NCBI GenBank assembly: GCA_945786985.1
Contig: CALZGC010000131.1
Coordinates: forward strand, 946-64,945
Length of the DNA stretch: 64,000 nucleotides
Direction of reading: 5' to 3'
Source of the DNA: an uncultured Nitrospirota bacterium
Lineage (GTDB): Bacteria; CG2-30-53-67
Each line of letters opens with the position of its first letter. Position 1 is the first letter of the stretch. The notes beneath the pieces are model-generated. The model was not told the origin of the DNA. It did no database searches and saw nothing but the letters and a program-made list of their open reading frames with translations. Shown in pieces: positions 10,813 to 20,921 of this stretch. A program made the translations under genes and the position numbers.

Positions 10813-11829
10813 TCATGCCTTCCCCTGGCTCACCTGTTTCAATGCCTCCAGCTTTTGCATCGCCCGGCCCGAATCAATCGCCTCGCGGGCCACCCCAACG
10901 GCCTCCCCGATCGATCGGGTCCTGCCGGCCACATAAATGGCGGCGGCCGCGTTGAGCAGGGTGATATCCTTTTTCGGCCCGGCCGCTCCCCGAAGAATGG
11001 AGAGAGTGATCCCGGCGTTTTCCGCGGCGTTGCCCCCCTTGAGGGCCTCGGCACTGCAGCAGGAAAACCCAAGTTCCTCCGGATCCAGGTCAAAGGTATA
11101 GACGCGCCCCTGCCGGAGCTCGGAAACTTTGGTCTTCCCGGTCAGGGTTATTTCATCCAGGCCGTCGTGGCCGTGCACCACATAGGCGTGCCGGGTTCCC
11201 AGTTCCTCAAGGACTTCGCATACCGTTTCCGTCAGTCCCTCGGCGTAGACGCCGATCACCTGATTGGGGGCACCCGCGGGATTTGTCAGGGGTCCGAGAA
11301 TGTTGAAAACCGTGCGAATGCCGATCTCCCGTCTCGGACCGATGGCGTGCTTCATGGCGCCGTGCAGCAGCGGCGCGAAGAGAAACCCCATCCCCACCTC
11401 CCCGATGCAGCGCCGCACCACATCCAGCCCGGCGTCGATGTTCACGCCGAGGGCCTGAAAAAGATCGGCGCTTCCGCTCTGGCTCGAAACCGACCGGTTC
11501 CCGTGCTTGGCCACTGGGACGCCTGCTCCGGCCACCACAAAGGCCGCGGTGGTGGAAATATTGAAGGTTCTGGCACCGTCGCCTCCGGTGCCGCAGGTGT
11601 CCACCAGATCCGCGACATCCACGTCGACCCGCAGGACGCGGTCCCGCATGACCTGGGCGCAGGCCGTGATCTCCTGCACCGTCTCTCCCTTGATCCGCAG
11701 GGCTGTGATGAAGGCCGCGACCTGAGCCGGGGTGGCCCGCCCACCCATGATGTCATCCATCGCCCCGTAGCAATCGTCGCGGTTCAGGTCCTGCCCCTCT
11801 ACGACTTTCTTGATGGCGTTTACAATCAT
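10813..11829 (-). CDS. trpD: anthranilate phosphoribosyltransferase
   Basis: DTCGTGGDG, NIST, KHGNRSVSS.SGSAD, RTVFNILGPL.NP, GLDE. Confidence 0.98.
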   Translation of the reverse strand: MIVNAIKKVVEGQDLNRDDCYGAMDDIMGGRATPAQVAAFITALRIKGETVQEITACAQVMRDRVLRVDVDVADLVDTCGTGGDGARTFNISTTAAFVVAGAGVPVAKHGNRSVSSQSGSADLFQALGVNIDAGLDVVRRCIGEVGMGFLFAPLLHGAMKHAIGPRREIGIRTVFNILGPLTNPAGAPNQVIGVYAEGLTETVCEVLEELGTRHAYVVHGHDGLDEITLTGKTKVSELRQGRVYTFDLDPEELGFSCCSAEALKGGNAAENAGITLSILRGAAGPKKDITLLNAAAAIYVAGRTRSIGEAVGVAREAIDSGRAMQKLEALKQVSQGKA

Positions 11830-11891
11830 GAACCCCTCCGGGAATCATGCGTCTTTCGCTGCGGCCGGTCCACCGCACGATGTCCGATGCG

Positions 11892-12458
11892 TCACCGCTG
11901 TTTCAGAAAATTCCGCAACAAATCGTGTCCCACTTCGGTCAGAATCGACTCGGGATGGAACTGAACCCCCTCCAAGGGAAGTTGCTTGTGGCGGACCCCC
12001 ATGATCTCGCCGTCATCAGCTTCGGCAGTGATTTCGAAAGTATCCGGCAGACTCTCCCGGAGAATCACCAGGGAGTGATAACGGGTTGCGACAAAGGGGT
12101 TGGGAAGCCCCTCAAAAACCGACCTGCCGTCATGCCGGATCTCGGAAATCTTGCCGTGCATCAGCCGCCCGGCACCGACGATTTTCGCCCCGAAAGCGGC
12201 ACCCATCGACTGATGCCCCAGGCAGACGCCGAGGATCGGCAGCTTACCCGCAAAGTGCCGAATGGCCGCCACCGAGATCCCCGCCTCCCGCGGCGTACAC
12301 GGACCGGGAGAGATGACCATCCGATCCGGCCGCAGGGCCTCGATCTCCTCAATCGTGATCTTGTCGTTTCGGTAGACCGCCAGTTCCTCTCCCAACTCCC
12401 CAAGGTACTGCACCAGGTTGTAGGTGAAAGAATCGTAGTTGTCGATCATTAGAAGCAC
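11892..12458 (-). CDS. trpG: anthranilate synthase component II (glutamine amidotransferase)
   Basis: [33 protein letters not shown]; trp operon position. Confidence 0.96.
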   Translation of the reverse strand: MLLMIDNYDSFTYNLVQYLGELGEELAVYRNDKITIEEIEALRPDRMVISPGPCTPREAGISVAAIRHFAGKLPILGVCLGHQSMGAAFGAKIVGAGRLMHGKISEIRHDGRSVFEGLPNPFVATRYHSLVILRESLPDTFEITAEADDGEIMGVRHKQLPLEGVQFHPESILTEVGHDLLRNFLKQR

Positions 12459-12470
12459 AAAAACACCCAG

Positions 12471-12697
12471 TCAAAGATTAAAGACAAAAAATCAAAAATA
12501 AAGCATGAGGTCTGTCACGGCCATGTTGAGCCTTACATTTGGATTCTTGCCTTTCAACTCCTTCTCAATGGACAGATGAAGCCCAAGGAATGATCTCCTC
12601 TATCATAATCTTGATCTGCTTCTTGTCTCTAAACTTTTTGATCTTTGCCCTTTGATTCTTGATTTGCCTTATCTTTGATCCTTAAGCTTTGATCTTT
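12471..12697. repeat. inverted arrays of degenerate 7-bp repeats between trpE and trpG
   Basis: A-rich TCAAAGA-like heptads at 12471-12505 face complementary TCTTTGA-like heptads at 12635-12697; AT-rich in a GC-rich context. Confidence 0.6.
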
Positions 12698-14187
12698 CAA
12701 TTGTTATCTATCCCTTGCCGCGCAATCTCGATCGCCTTCAACATCCCCCGGGCCTTGTTGAGGGTCTCCTCGTACTCCCGCTCCGGATCGGAGTCAGCCA
12801 CAATGCCGGCGCCGGCCTGCAGGTAGAGATCCTCACCCCGGACAATAATGGTCCGAATGGTGATACAGGTGTCCATGTTTCCGGAAAAGCCGATGTAGCC
12901 GACCGCCCCCGCGTAGGGCCCGCGCCGCACCGGTTCGAGCTCCTCGATGATTTCCATGGCCCGGATCTTGGGAGCCCCCGATACCGTGCCGGCCGGAAAA
13001 CAGGCGCGCAGAACATCATAGGCGTCTTTGCCGGGAGCCAGCAGGCCCACCACATCCGAGACAATATGCATGACGTGGGAGTACTTCTCAATGACCATCA
13101 GCTCCTGCACCTCCACCGTCCCCGTGCGGACCACACGCCCCACGTCGTTGCGCCCGAGATCGACCAGCATGATATGCTCCGCACGCTCCTTGGGGTCGGC
13201 CAGCAGCTCTTCCATGAGCCGCGCGTCTTCGGCGGCATCCTGGCCGCGGGGGCGGGTGCCGGCGATGGGCCGCACCTCCACCCGATCCTGCTCCACCCGG
13301 ACGAGTACCTCCGGTGAGGAACCGATGATACGGATCTCCCCCATGCGCAGAAAATACATATAGGGCGAGGGATTGACCGTCCGCAGAACCCGGTAGATAT
13401 CGAAGGGATCATTCTTAAGCTGCGCATGGAATCGCTGGGACAGCACCACCTGAATGACGTCGCCCGCCACAATGTAATCCTTGGCCCGGTTCACCGCCTG
13501 GTGGAAATGCTCCCGAGAAAAACTGGACGCCGGAATGTCGACCGCCACCTTCCGGGGCAGGGACAGATTCACGATTTCGCACGGGACATTAAGCTGCGCA
13601 ATCATCCGGTCGATCCGCTCGCCGGCCTCCCGGTAACGGGCCTCGGGATCGTCCCCTTCTTCCAGGAAAACGTTGGAGACCACCAGGATCTTCTTCTCGT
13701 GGTTGTCGAAGATGAGCAGATCATACATGACCATGAGCAACAGATCCGGAAATCCAGAGTCCTCCTTGGCGATTTCGGGAATCTCTTCGAAGTACCGGAC
13801 CATATCGTAGCCCATGTAGCCGACCGCGCCCCCGACGAAACGGGGCAGGTCCGGATCGCTCACCGGCCTGAACTGAGACATCCGCTGCCGTACAAACTCC
13901 AGGGGGTCTTCCCCCTCCCGCCGCGCCTCAACCACGCCGTTGCGTGTCCAACGGACTTCGTTCCCCCTGGCCTCGAGCAAGGCACCGGGCGCACTCCCGA
14001 GAAAGCTGTAGCGGCCCCACTTCTCGCCCCCTTCCACACTCTCGAACAGGAAAGAAAACCGTCCGTCATCGATCTTCCGGAAGGCGGAGACAGGGGTCTC
14101 CATGTCGGCCAGGATCTCCTTGTAGACGGGCACAAGATTGCCTTCGCCCGATCGGCGGAGGAACTCCTTCAGGGATGGGTAGAGCAT
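12697..14187 (-). CDS. trpE: anthranilate synthase component I
   Basis: LFESVEGGEKWGRYS, NPSPYMY, SSPE, PIAGTRPRG, EHIMLVDLGRND, GTVSGAPK. Confidence 0.98.
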   Translation of the reverse strand: MLYPSLKEFLRRSGEGNLVPVYKEILADMETPVSAFRKIDDGRFSFLFESVEGGEKWGRYSFLGSAPGALLEARGNEVRWTRNGVVEARREGEDPLEFVRQRMSQFRPVSDPDLPRFVGGAVGYMGYDMVRYFEEIPEIAKEDSGFPDLLLMVMYDLLIFDNHEKKILVVSNVFLEEGDDPEARYREAGERIDRMIAQLNVPCEIVNLSLPRKVAVDIPASSFSREHFHQAVNRAKDYIVAGDVIQVVLSQRFHAQLKNDPFDIYRVLRTVNPSPYMYFLRMGEIRIIGSSPEVLVRVEQDRVEVRPIAGTRPRGQDAAEDARLMEELLADPKERAEHIMLVDLGRNDVGRVVRTGTVEVQELMVIEKYSHVMHIVSDVVGLLAPGKDAYDVLRACFPAGTVSGAPKIRAMEIIEELEPVRRGPYAGAVGYIGFSGNMDTCITIRTIIVRGEDLYLQAGAGIVADSDPEREYEETLNKARGMLKAIEIARQGIDNN

Positions 14188-14301
14188 CTCATTCCTCGTT
14201 TGTACAAAAGATCTTAATATTTAGCATATTGGTGACAGGTGTGTCAAGAACTTCACATGGCGTAACTGCAGACAACAAAAGGGGAAACTGCTCTCGATCA
14301 C

Positions 14302-14344
14302 AAAAAAAGCACCCGGTGCCGTTGCGGATGCGGCACGGGTGCTT
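14302..14344 (-). terminator. intrinsic terminator-like hairpin upstream of trpE
   Basis: AAAGCACCCGTGCCG-loop-CGGCACCGGGTGCTTT followed by a T run on the minus strand. Confidence 0.75.
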
Positions 14345-14437
14345 TCTTCTGAAAACCCGACCAGACAGCTAATAAACCACAAGATCGGTTTGTTGACTTA
14401 AAATTTATTCTGCCTGCCGGGTCCATTATGTAGCCAG

Positions 14438-14466
14438 ACTATAGCGGAGGATCGGCGCTCTGTCAA
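14438..14466 (-). promoter_or_regulatory. sigma70 promoter facing the trp operon
   Basis: TTGACA-N17-TATAGT; a second TTGACA-N18-TAAATA lies at 14247-14218. Confidence 0.7.
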
Positions 14467-14481
14467 GGTGGCGCTTAACAT

Positions 14482-14510
14482 TTGTGAGCGGTCATCGTCT
14501 GTGGTATACA
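14482..14510 (+). promoter_or_regulatory. divergent sigma70-like promoter for the ferritin-like gene
   Basis: TTGTGA-N17-TATACA with extended -10 TG. Confidence 0.5.
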
Positions 14511-14552
14511 TGGAGGAAACTGCAACCGACCACCGGCAGGGGAGACCTAATA

Positions 14553-15044
14553 ATGAGCCAGAAATTTTCGGGACAGGAAATCGTCGATATCGCCATCCGA
14601 ATCGAGAAGAACGGTGAAGCCCTCTATAAGGCACTTGCCGAACAAACCGAATACATGGATGTGAAACACGCCTTCAAAGCCCTGGCCAACGAAGAGAAAC
14701 AGCACATCGAATCGTTTGATCGCATCCGGGAACTGATCGGAAACTTTGCAGCGCAGGAGGCCTATCCGGGAGAGTACACTCTCTACCTGCAGGCACTCAT
14801 CGAAGAAAACGTCTTCTCCAAGGCCGACATCTTCCTGGAGCTGGCCAGAAAAGTCGCGACGGTTCCGGAGGCCCTCGACTTGGCGCTCGCGTTCGAAAAG
14901 GAGACGATCATCTTCCTCAACGGCGTCAGGGATGCTCTCGAAACGGACGATTTCCCCATTCTCAACGAATTGATTGAGCAGGAAAAGGAACACGTTCTCA
15001 AGCTGTCCGAGATCAAGCAGACCCTTACTACCAAAACAGACTGA
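14553..15044 (+). CDS. ferritin-like/rubrerythrin-family diiron protein without rubredoxin domain
   Basis: AIRIEKNGEALY...EEKQH and AFEKETIIF...EQEKEH paired E/ExxH motifs; GGGGAG RBS before ATG 14553. Confidence 0.85.
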   Translation: MSQKFSGQEIVDIAIRIEKNGEALYKALAEQTEYMDVKHAFKALANEEKQHIESFDRIRELIGNFAAQEAYPGEYTLYLQALIEENVFSKADIFLELARKVATVPEALDLALAFEKETIIFLNGVRDALETDDFPILNELIEQEKEHVLKLSEIKQTLTTKTD

Positions 15045-15134
15045 TCTCAGATCTCGCGCACCGGGGAACACCCCCGCGACACCGGACGGCTGGACATCGC
15101 TTAAAGCCGGTGCGGACACATGCCGTTCGGGCCC

Positions 15135-16487
15135 TCACGATTCCGGATCGCCCATGTCCCCCATCAGCCGGGCCGAGTCGGCAGCGGGGAGCTCCGCCAC
15201 CTTCCGCAGCTTCCGTTCGATGTTTCGAGACTTGCGGGCCGCACTCTCAATGGTGTTGCCCGCTTCCTTGAGTTTCTTCTGCGTCTTCTCCAGGATGTCC
15301 CCGAACTTTCCGAACTCCGTCTTGACCGCCCCCAGGAGTGCCCATACCTCACTGGAACGCTTCTCAATGGCCAGGGTTCGGAACCCCATTTGAAGGCTGT
15401 TGAGAAAGGCCGAAAGGGTGGTAGGGCCGGTCACCGTCACCCGGTGCTCCCGCTGCAGAAAATCGAAGAGACCGGAGCGGCGCAGAACCTCCGCATAGAG
15501 CCCCTCCGTCGGCAGGAACATGACGGCGAAATCGGTGGTGTGGGGCGGGTCGATATATTTGTCTTTGATCTCCCGGGCGCTCGCCTTGATCCTGAGTTCC
15601 AGCTGTTTCGCAGCCTCCTCGGCCCGGGCAGCATCGGCCGCCTCCTGCGCGGCCAGAAGCCTTTCATAATCCTCCTGCGGAAACTTGGCATCCAGAGGGA
15701 GCCAGACTTCCTGACCATTGCTTTCGTCCCGCCCGGGAAATCGGATGGCAAACTCCACACGGTGGCTGCTGCCCCGCTTGGTCGCCACGTTTCGGGCGTA
15801 TTGATCCTGGGTCAGAATCTCCTCGAGGATCGCCCCCAGTTGGATCTCCCCCCAGGTTCCGCGGGTCTTCACATTGGTCAAAACCCGCTTGAGGTCGCCC
15901 ACACCGGCCGCCAGGGTCTGCATCTCCCCGAGCCCCTGGTGGACCATCTCGAGGCGCTCGCTCACCAGTTTGAACGACTCGCCCAGTCGCTTCTCCAGAG
16001 TTTCATGCAATTTTTCGTCCACAATCGCCCGCATCTGATCTAGTTTCCGGCTGTTTTCGTCCTGGAGGCCTTTGAGCCGGGTATCCAGGGCCTGACGCAG
16101 GGACTCGAGTTTCGCCTCATTGGTCTGTGTCAGCGATGAGAGCTGTTTGGCAAAGGAGTCGAGCTGATCCTTCTGGAGGTGTGAAATCTGCGACGTCTGG
16201 GAGAGGAGTGAGTCGGTGAAGAATTTCAGGGAGCTGCGCAGTTCGTCACGACCTTGTCTGGCGTTGTAGGCGGCTTCCTCCCGATTGACCGAGAGTTCCT
16301 CCTTGACGGCCCGTTCGATCCGTTCCTGATCCCGTTCCACGGACGAGAAGCCTTCTTCCTGGTGGCGGCGCAACGATCCGTACCGCGCCACCAGGACGAT
16401 GATCAGTATCAGAGCGACCAGGAGAAGGAGACCGCCGATGAGTGCCGGCCAGCCCGATGTCAGCAGATGTTGCAGTTGGGGGTTCAT
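15135..16487 (-). CDS. rmuC: DNA recombination protein RmuC
   Basis: N-terminal TM plus coiled coil, NVKTRGTWGE, LPLDAKFP, MFLPTEGLYAE; start taken at ATG 16487 after GGAGAGG. Confidence 0.95.
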   Translation of the reverse strand: MNPQLQHLLTSGWPALIGGLLLLVALILIIVLVARYGSLRRHQEEGFSSVERDQERIERAVKEELSVNREEAAYNARQGRDELRSSLKFFTDSLLSQTSQISHLQKDQLDSFAKQLSSLTQTNEAKLESLRQALDTRLKGLQDENSRKLDQMRAIVDEKLHETLEKRLGESFKLVSERLEMVHQGLGEMQTLAAGVGDLKRVLTNVKTRGTWGEIQLGAILEEILTQDQYARNVATKRGSSHRVEFAIRFPGRDESNGQEVWLPLDAKFPQEDYERLLAAQEAADAARAEEAAKQLELRIKASAREIKDKYIDPPHTTDFAVMFLPTEGLYAEVLRRSGLFDFLQREHRVTVTGPTTLSAFLNSLQMGFRTLAIEKRSSEVWALLGAVKTEFGKFGDILEKTQKKLKEAGNTIESAARKSRNIERKLRKVAELPAADSARLMGDMGDPES

Positions 16488-16698
16488 GGGTCCTCTCCGA
16501 TTCGACACGCCCATAGCACGTCTGTGGGCGGCCCCACGAGAAGCCGCCCGGGAGCACCGACCCGGCGTCATCGTATAGCATCGATGCCGCCCGGATCAAG
16601 GAAAATTCTGGCTCGCTGTGAACCGGACCGTCTTCACGTAACACCGTGACCGCTTCTGCTTGGGATTTGAGAGAATTTTCGGCTATACTGGGGCCGCG

Positions 16699-17721
16699 AT
16701 GCGACGGATTCTCCACATCGATATGGACGCCTTTTTCGCCGCGGTCGAGGAGCGGCGACACCCCAATTTGAAGGGCCGACCGATCGTCATCGGTGGCCGG
16801 GGCGACCCGGACAGCCGCGGGGTCGTCTCCACCGCGTCCTATGCGGCAAGAAAGTATGGCGTGCACTCCGGGATCCCGCTGAGAACGGCCCTCAAGCTCT
16901 GCCCGGATGCGGTCTTCCTCCCGGTGGACTACCGGAGCTATGCCCGGGTGTCGGAGGAGATCAAGATCATTCTCGCCTCCGTGACGCCCCTCATGGAAGA
17001 CGTGGGGATCGACGAGGCCTTCCTGGATCTGTCAGCCATGGACCAGCCGCCGGAAACGATCGCCCGGGAAATCAAGAAACGGATCCTGGAGGCCACCGGC
17101 CTGAGCTGCTCCATCGGTATTGCCCCGAACAAACTGCTGGCCAAGATCGCCTCCGACCTGCAGAAGCCGGACGGACTGACCGTGCTCGGCGAAGACGATA
17201 TTGCCGAGACGATCTGGCCGCTGCCGGTTCGCAAACTTCGGGGAGTCGGCCCCAAAACCGAAAGCGTTCTCAAGCGCATGGGAGTCCATACCATCGGCGA
17301 TCTTGCCGTGGCTTCGGTGGAGCGCATGACCGAACGTTTCGGCCCGTCCCACGGGCGCACCCTCCACCGCGCCGCCCTCGGGATCGATGAAAGTCCCATC
17401 ATCATACACTGGGAGCCAAAATCCATCGGCCGGGAAACAACCTTTCAGCGGGATCTGAGCCACTGGCAGGAAATCGCCCGAGCCCTGGCCCACCTGACCC
17501 GCCAGGTCGTCTCGTCACTCAAGGCCGCCGGCTACCGCGCACGGACTGTGACGGTCAAGGTCCGATTCAGTGATTTCGACACCCAGACGCGGGCGATGAC
17601 GCTGGACGGACCGAGCGACTCCCCGGACCTCCTGAGACGGGCCGCCTTTCAGTGCCTTGGCAGGTTTGAACTGAAAAAGAGCGTCCGGCTCCTCGGGATG
17701 CGGGTGAGCAAACTGGAATAG
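16699..17721 (+). CDS. dinB: DNA polymerase IV
   Basis: ILHIDMDAFFAAVE, SYAARKYGVHSG, GIDEAFLD, APNKLLAKIASD..KPDG. Confidence 0.96.
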   Translation: MRRILHIDMDAFFAAVEERRHPNLKGRPIVIGGRGDPDSRGVVSTASYAARKYGVHSGIPLRTALKLCPDAVFLPVDYRSYARVSEEIKIILASVTPLMEDVGIDEAFLDLSAMDQPPETIAREIKKRILEATGLSCSIGIAPNKLLAKIASDLQKPDGLTVLGEDDIAETIWPLPVRKLRGVGPKTESVLKRMGVHTIGDLAVASVERMTERFGPSHGRTLHRAALGIDESPIIIHWEPKSIGRETTFQRDLSHWQEIARALAHLTRQVVSSLKAAGYRARTVTVKVRFSDFDTQTRAMTLDGPSDSPDLLRRAAFQCLGRFELKKSVRLLGMRVSKLE

Positions 17722-17804
17722 CACGCTGCGCACCGCTGACGCCGCTCACAGGCGCCCCCGGGTCCGCACTTTACAACAGTTGCGATTTAAGGTAGTGTCC
17801 TGCC

Positions 17805-18503
17805 ATGAGTGAGTTGAGCAGGCAGTCCCCCTCCGATACTAAGAAATCCCGCTTCGGGTGGATGCACATTCTGGGAATTGCCACCGGGGTGATTCTCTTG
17901 AGCGCGCTGATCACGGTCTGGTGGGTGAAGCATAACATTTATGCGTCCCAATTCAACCCGACCCAGTTGAATGTAAAGGAACAGCGGGTTCTGGACTCCA
18001 AGCTGGCGCGACTGGAGGCGTCGGCACAGAAGACCGGCGGCAAGGCCCTCCCGAAATACGCCGAACCCCAGGCTCCGCTGGAGCCCGAACCGTATACGGA
18101 AGAAGGAGCCAAGCGGGAAATCAGCCTCACCGAAAAGGAGCTCAACGCCCTCATCGCCAATCAGCCCGAGATCGCCCAGCGCGTCGCCATTGACCTCTCG
18201 GACAACCTCGTGAGTGTGAAGCTCGTCGTGCCCGTCGATGACGAAGTGCTGTTCCTGGGCGGCAAAACGCTGCGGCTTAACCTCGGCCTTGCCCTGAACT
18301 ATCAGGCGGGTCAACCGGTGGTCGCGCTGCAGGGAGTGACCCTGGGCGGGATCCCCCTGCCCAACGCATGGCTCGGCGGGGTGAAATACAAGAATCTGGT
18401 GAACGAATTCGGCACCGAAGGGGGGTTCTGGAAGCTTTTCGCGGACGGCGTGGAAGATCTGCAGGTCCGGGATGGCCGGATCCATATCCGGCTGAAAGAG
18501 TAA
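17805..18503 (+). CDS. conserved hypothetical single-pass membrane protein
   Basis: one N-terminal TM, coding-like codon usage, C-terminal beta-rich domain (GIPLPNAWLGG.K..NLV.EF). Confidence 0.75.
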   Translation: MSELSRQSPSDTKKSRFGWMHILGIATGVILLSALITVWWVKHNIYASQFNPTQLNVKEQRVLDSKLARLEASAQKTGGKALPKYAEPQAPLEPEPYTEEGAKREISLTEKELNALIANQPEIAQRVAIDLSDNLVSVKLVVPVDDEVLFLGGKTLRLNLGLALNYQAGQPVVALQGVTLGGIPLPNAWLGGVKYKNLVNEFGTEGGFWKLFADGVEDLQVRDGRIHIRLKE

Positions 18504-18651
18504 CCCGCCGCGGGTTAGCCCCCCTGCATGCAGGGAATCCTGCCCCGTCGCCTCACCTCTGTTCAGACCATCGTTTCCCTTTGAAACTCCATCATACCGG
18601 GCACCGGCCGATCCCTTTTCTGCAGAGGTTTCTGTTTCCTCGGACGGGCCA

Positions 18652-20268
18652 TCATCGTGCGAGATAACCGGGCGGTGTGAGCACGGTGTTCTGAGGGGCT
18701 TGCCGGATGTCGGGCTCGGGATAGTCCAGGGTGAAGTGCAGACCCCGGCTCTCTTTCCGGGCCAGAGCCGAACGGATCATCAGGTCGGCCACCACGGCCA
18801 GATTCCGCAGCTCCAGCAGGTCACTGGTCACGCGGAAGTTGCCGTAGTATTCCTGAATCTCGTTGAGCAGAAGATCCACGCGGTGTTTGGCCCGCTGCAG
18901 TCTCTTGGTGGTGCGCACAATACCGACGTAATCCCACATGAAGCGGCGCAGTTCATGCCAGTTGTGGGAAACCACCACCTCCTCATCGGAATCGGTCACC
19001 CGGCTCTCGTCCCATTCAGGCAGCGCCGCTGCATCGGGCGCAAACACTTCATGATCGTGAGTCCGGATATGCGCCGCCGCGGACTGGCCAAAGACGAGAC
19101 ATTCCAGGAGGGAGTTGCTGGCCATCCGGTTGGCACCGTGAAGTCCGGTAAACGCGACTTCCCCCACGGCATAGAGATTGTCCACGTCGGTCCGCCCGTG
19201 GAGGTCGGTCATGACGCCGCCGCATGTATAGTGGGCAGCAGGCACCACGGGAATGGGGTCGGTGGAAAGATCAAATCCGTATTCCGTGCAGCGCTTATGA
19301 ATGTTGGGGAAATGAACCTGAATGAACTCTGCCGGTTTGTGGCTGATGTCGAGGTAGACACAGTCAATGCCGAGGCGTTTCATCTCATGGTCGATGGCGC
19401 GAGCCACCACATCGCGTGGCGCCAGCTCGGCGCGGCCATCGAAGCCTTCCATGAAGGCCGTCCCATCGGGCAGACGCAGGATCGCCCCTTCCCCCCGCAG
19501 CGCCTCGGTGATCAGAAAGGATTTGGCCTCGGGATGGTAGAGGCAGGTTGGATGGAACTGGTTGAACTCCATGTTGGCCACACGGCAGCCGGCGCGCCAG
19601 GCCATGGCAATGCCATCCCCCGTGGCCACATCGGGATTGCTCGTGTAAAGATAGACCTTGCTGGCCCCGCCCGTGGCGAGCACCACATGGCGGGCCTGCA
19701 CCACTTCGACCCGTCCGCCTGCCCGGTCCAGGACATAAGCCCCCAGGCAGCGATTGTTGGCCAGTCCCAACTTCCGGGAAACAATCAGATCAACCGCAAT
19801 ATGTTTTTCATGAACGGTGATGTTCGGATGATGACGGGCCTGATCTTCCAGCGTCGTCTCGATGGCCGCGCCGGTGGCATCTTCTGCATGGATGATGCGC
19901 CGATGACTGTGGCCACCTTCCCGGGTCAGGTGATAGCCGCCGATGCCCTCCCGCCGCCCCTCGCGCGTGAAGGAGACCCCCAGGTCAATGAGCCACTGGA
20001 TGTTCTCCCGTCCGTGCTTGACGGTGTGCGCAACAACCGCCTCATCGCAGAGACCGGCCCCGGCGTTCACGGTATCTTCAATATGAGCCTCGAGGGAGTC
20101 CTCCAGGTCGAGCACGGCTGCGAGCCCGCCCTGTGCGTAGTACGTGCCGCCTTCCCGGAGGATATCTTTGGAAATGACAGTGATACGGTAGGTGTCGGCC
20201 AGACGCAGTGCAAGACTCAGGCCCGCCGCGCCCGACCCGATGACCAGAATGTCGCTTTCGCGCTGCAT
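18652..20268 (-). CDS. nadB: L-aspartate oxidase
   Basis: [63 protein letters not shown]; start at MQRESD. Confidence 0.97.
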   Translation of the reverse strand: MQRESDILVIGSGAAGLSLALRLADTYRITVISKDILREGGTYYAQGGLAAVLDLEDSLEAHIEDTVNAGAGLCDEAVVAHTVKHGRENIQWLIDLGVSFTREGRREGIGGYHLTREGGHSHRRIIHAEDATGAAIETTLEDQARHHPNITVHEKHIAVDLIVSRKLGLANNRCLGAYVLDRAGGRVEVVQARHVVLATGGASKVYLYTSNPDVATGDGIAMAWRAGCRVANMEFNQFHPTCLYHPEAKSFLITEALRGEGAILRLPDGTAFMEGFDGRAELAPRDVVARAIDHEMKRLGIDCVYLDISHKPAEFIQVHFPNIHKRCTEYGFDLSTDPIPVVPAAHYTCGGVMTDLHGRTDVDNLYAVGEVAFTGLHGANRMASNSLLECLVFGQSAAAHIRTHDHEVFAPDAAALPEWDESRVTDSDEEVVVSHNWHELRRFMWDYVGIVRTTKRLQRAKHRVDLLLNEIQEYYGNFRVTSDLLELRNLAVVADLMIRSALARKESRGLHFTLDYPEPDIRQAPQNTVLTPPGYLAR

Positions 20269-20368
20269 GACTCGCCTCGATTGGGCTCCACCGAACCCGG
20301 GATCAACCCGGTTTGTCCCGGGCCCAAGACCGCTGCTCCGTGAGGCGTCCCGTCTTGCCGTCACGGCC

Positions 20369-20794
20369 TCAGTTGAATGTATCCAGAATATACTGGGCGA
20401 TCAGCCGTGCCTGATCGTCGGGCAGCGTCGTTTCATCGTAGCGCGCCATCCCGGGTCCGGGGTTTCGAATGGTCTGTACGATAGCCTCCACCGAGTTGGT
20501 GCCGTGGGTGTCCCGATCGGCCTTGCTGAGCGTCTTCTTGGGATTAATGATGTTGCCACCCCCGGCGTGACACATGGCACACAGCTCCTTGAAGAGCGCT
20601 TCTCCCGAACGTTCTCCTGCGGCGCTCTTGGCTGTTTCCATCGGCGCAGGCGCCGGTGCAGCTGCTTGCGGGGCCGGCTTCTCGGCCACGGCAGCAGGCT
20701 TTGCCTTCTCTGCGGGCTGCTGCTGACAACCGCCGGACCAAAACAAGAGGCACATCAGACACAGGGAAAGAACCATTGCAAAAAGATTTCTCAT
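20369..20794 (-). CDS. monoheme cytochrome c (c6/PetJ-like), probable lipoprotein
   Basis: signal peptide ending SGGC, Ala/Pro-rich linker, [24 protein letters not shown] axial Met; GGAGGAG RBS. Confidence 0.88.
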   Translation of the reverse strand: MRNLFAMVLSLCLMCLLFWSGGCQQQPAEKAKPAAVAEKPAPQAAAPAPAPMETAKSAAGERSGEALFKELCAMCHAGGGNIINPKKTLSKADRDTHGTNSVEAIVQTIRNPGPGMARYDETTLPDDQARLIAQYILDTFN

Positions 20795-20921
20795 GCCCAC
20801 TCTCCTCCTTGGTGAATTTTTGTGGATGCCAAGAACCACAGCTTCTTCGCCGCAAGATGTTCGGGCACGCGGCGGGTGCATGGGGCCCGACGGCGCCGCG
20901 CCGTCCTACGCTATCTCTGGA

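Noticed and set aside
14188..14470. T-box or classical tandem-Trp leader peptide
   Set aside because: No GGTGGTACCGCG-like T-box and no tandem TGG codons in a short ORF; reported only as a candidate switch
16490..16700. LexA/SOS box between rmuC and dinB
   Set aside because: No recognisable SOS-box consensus by eye
18700..20343. 547-aa plus-strand ORF
   Set aside because: Antisense shadow of nadB
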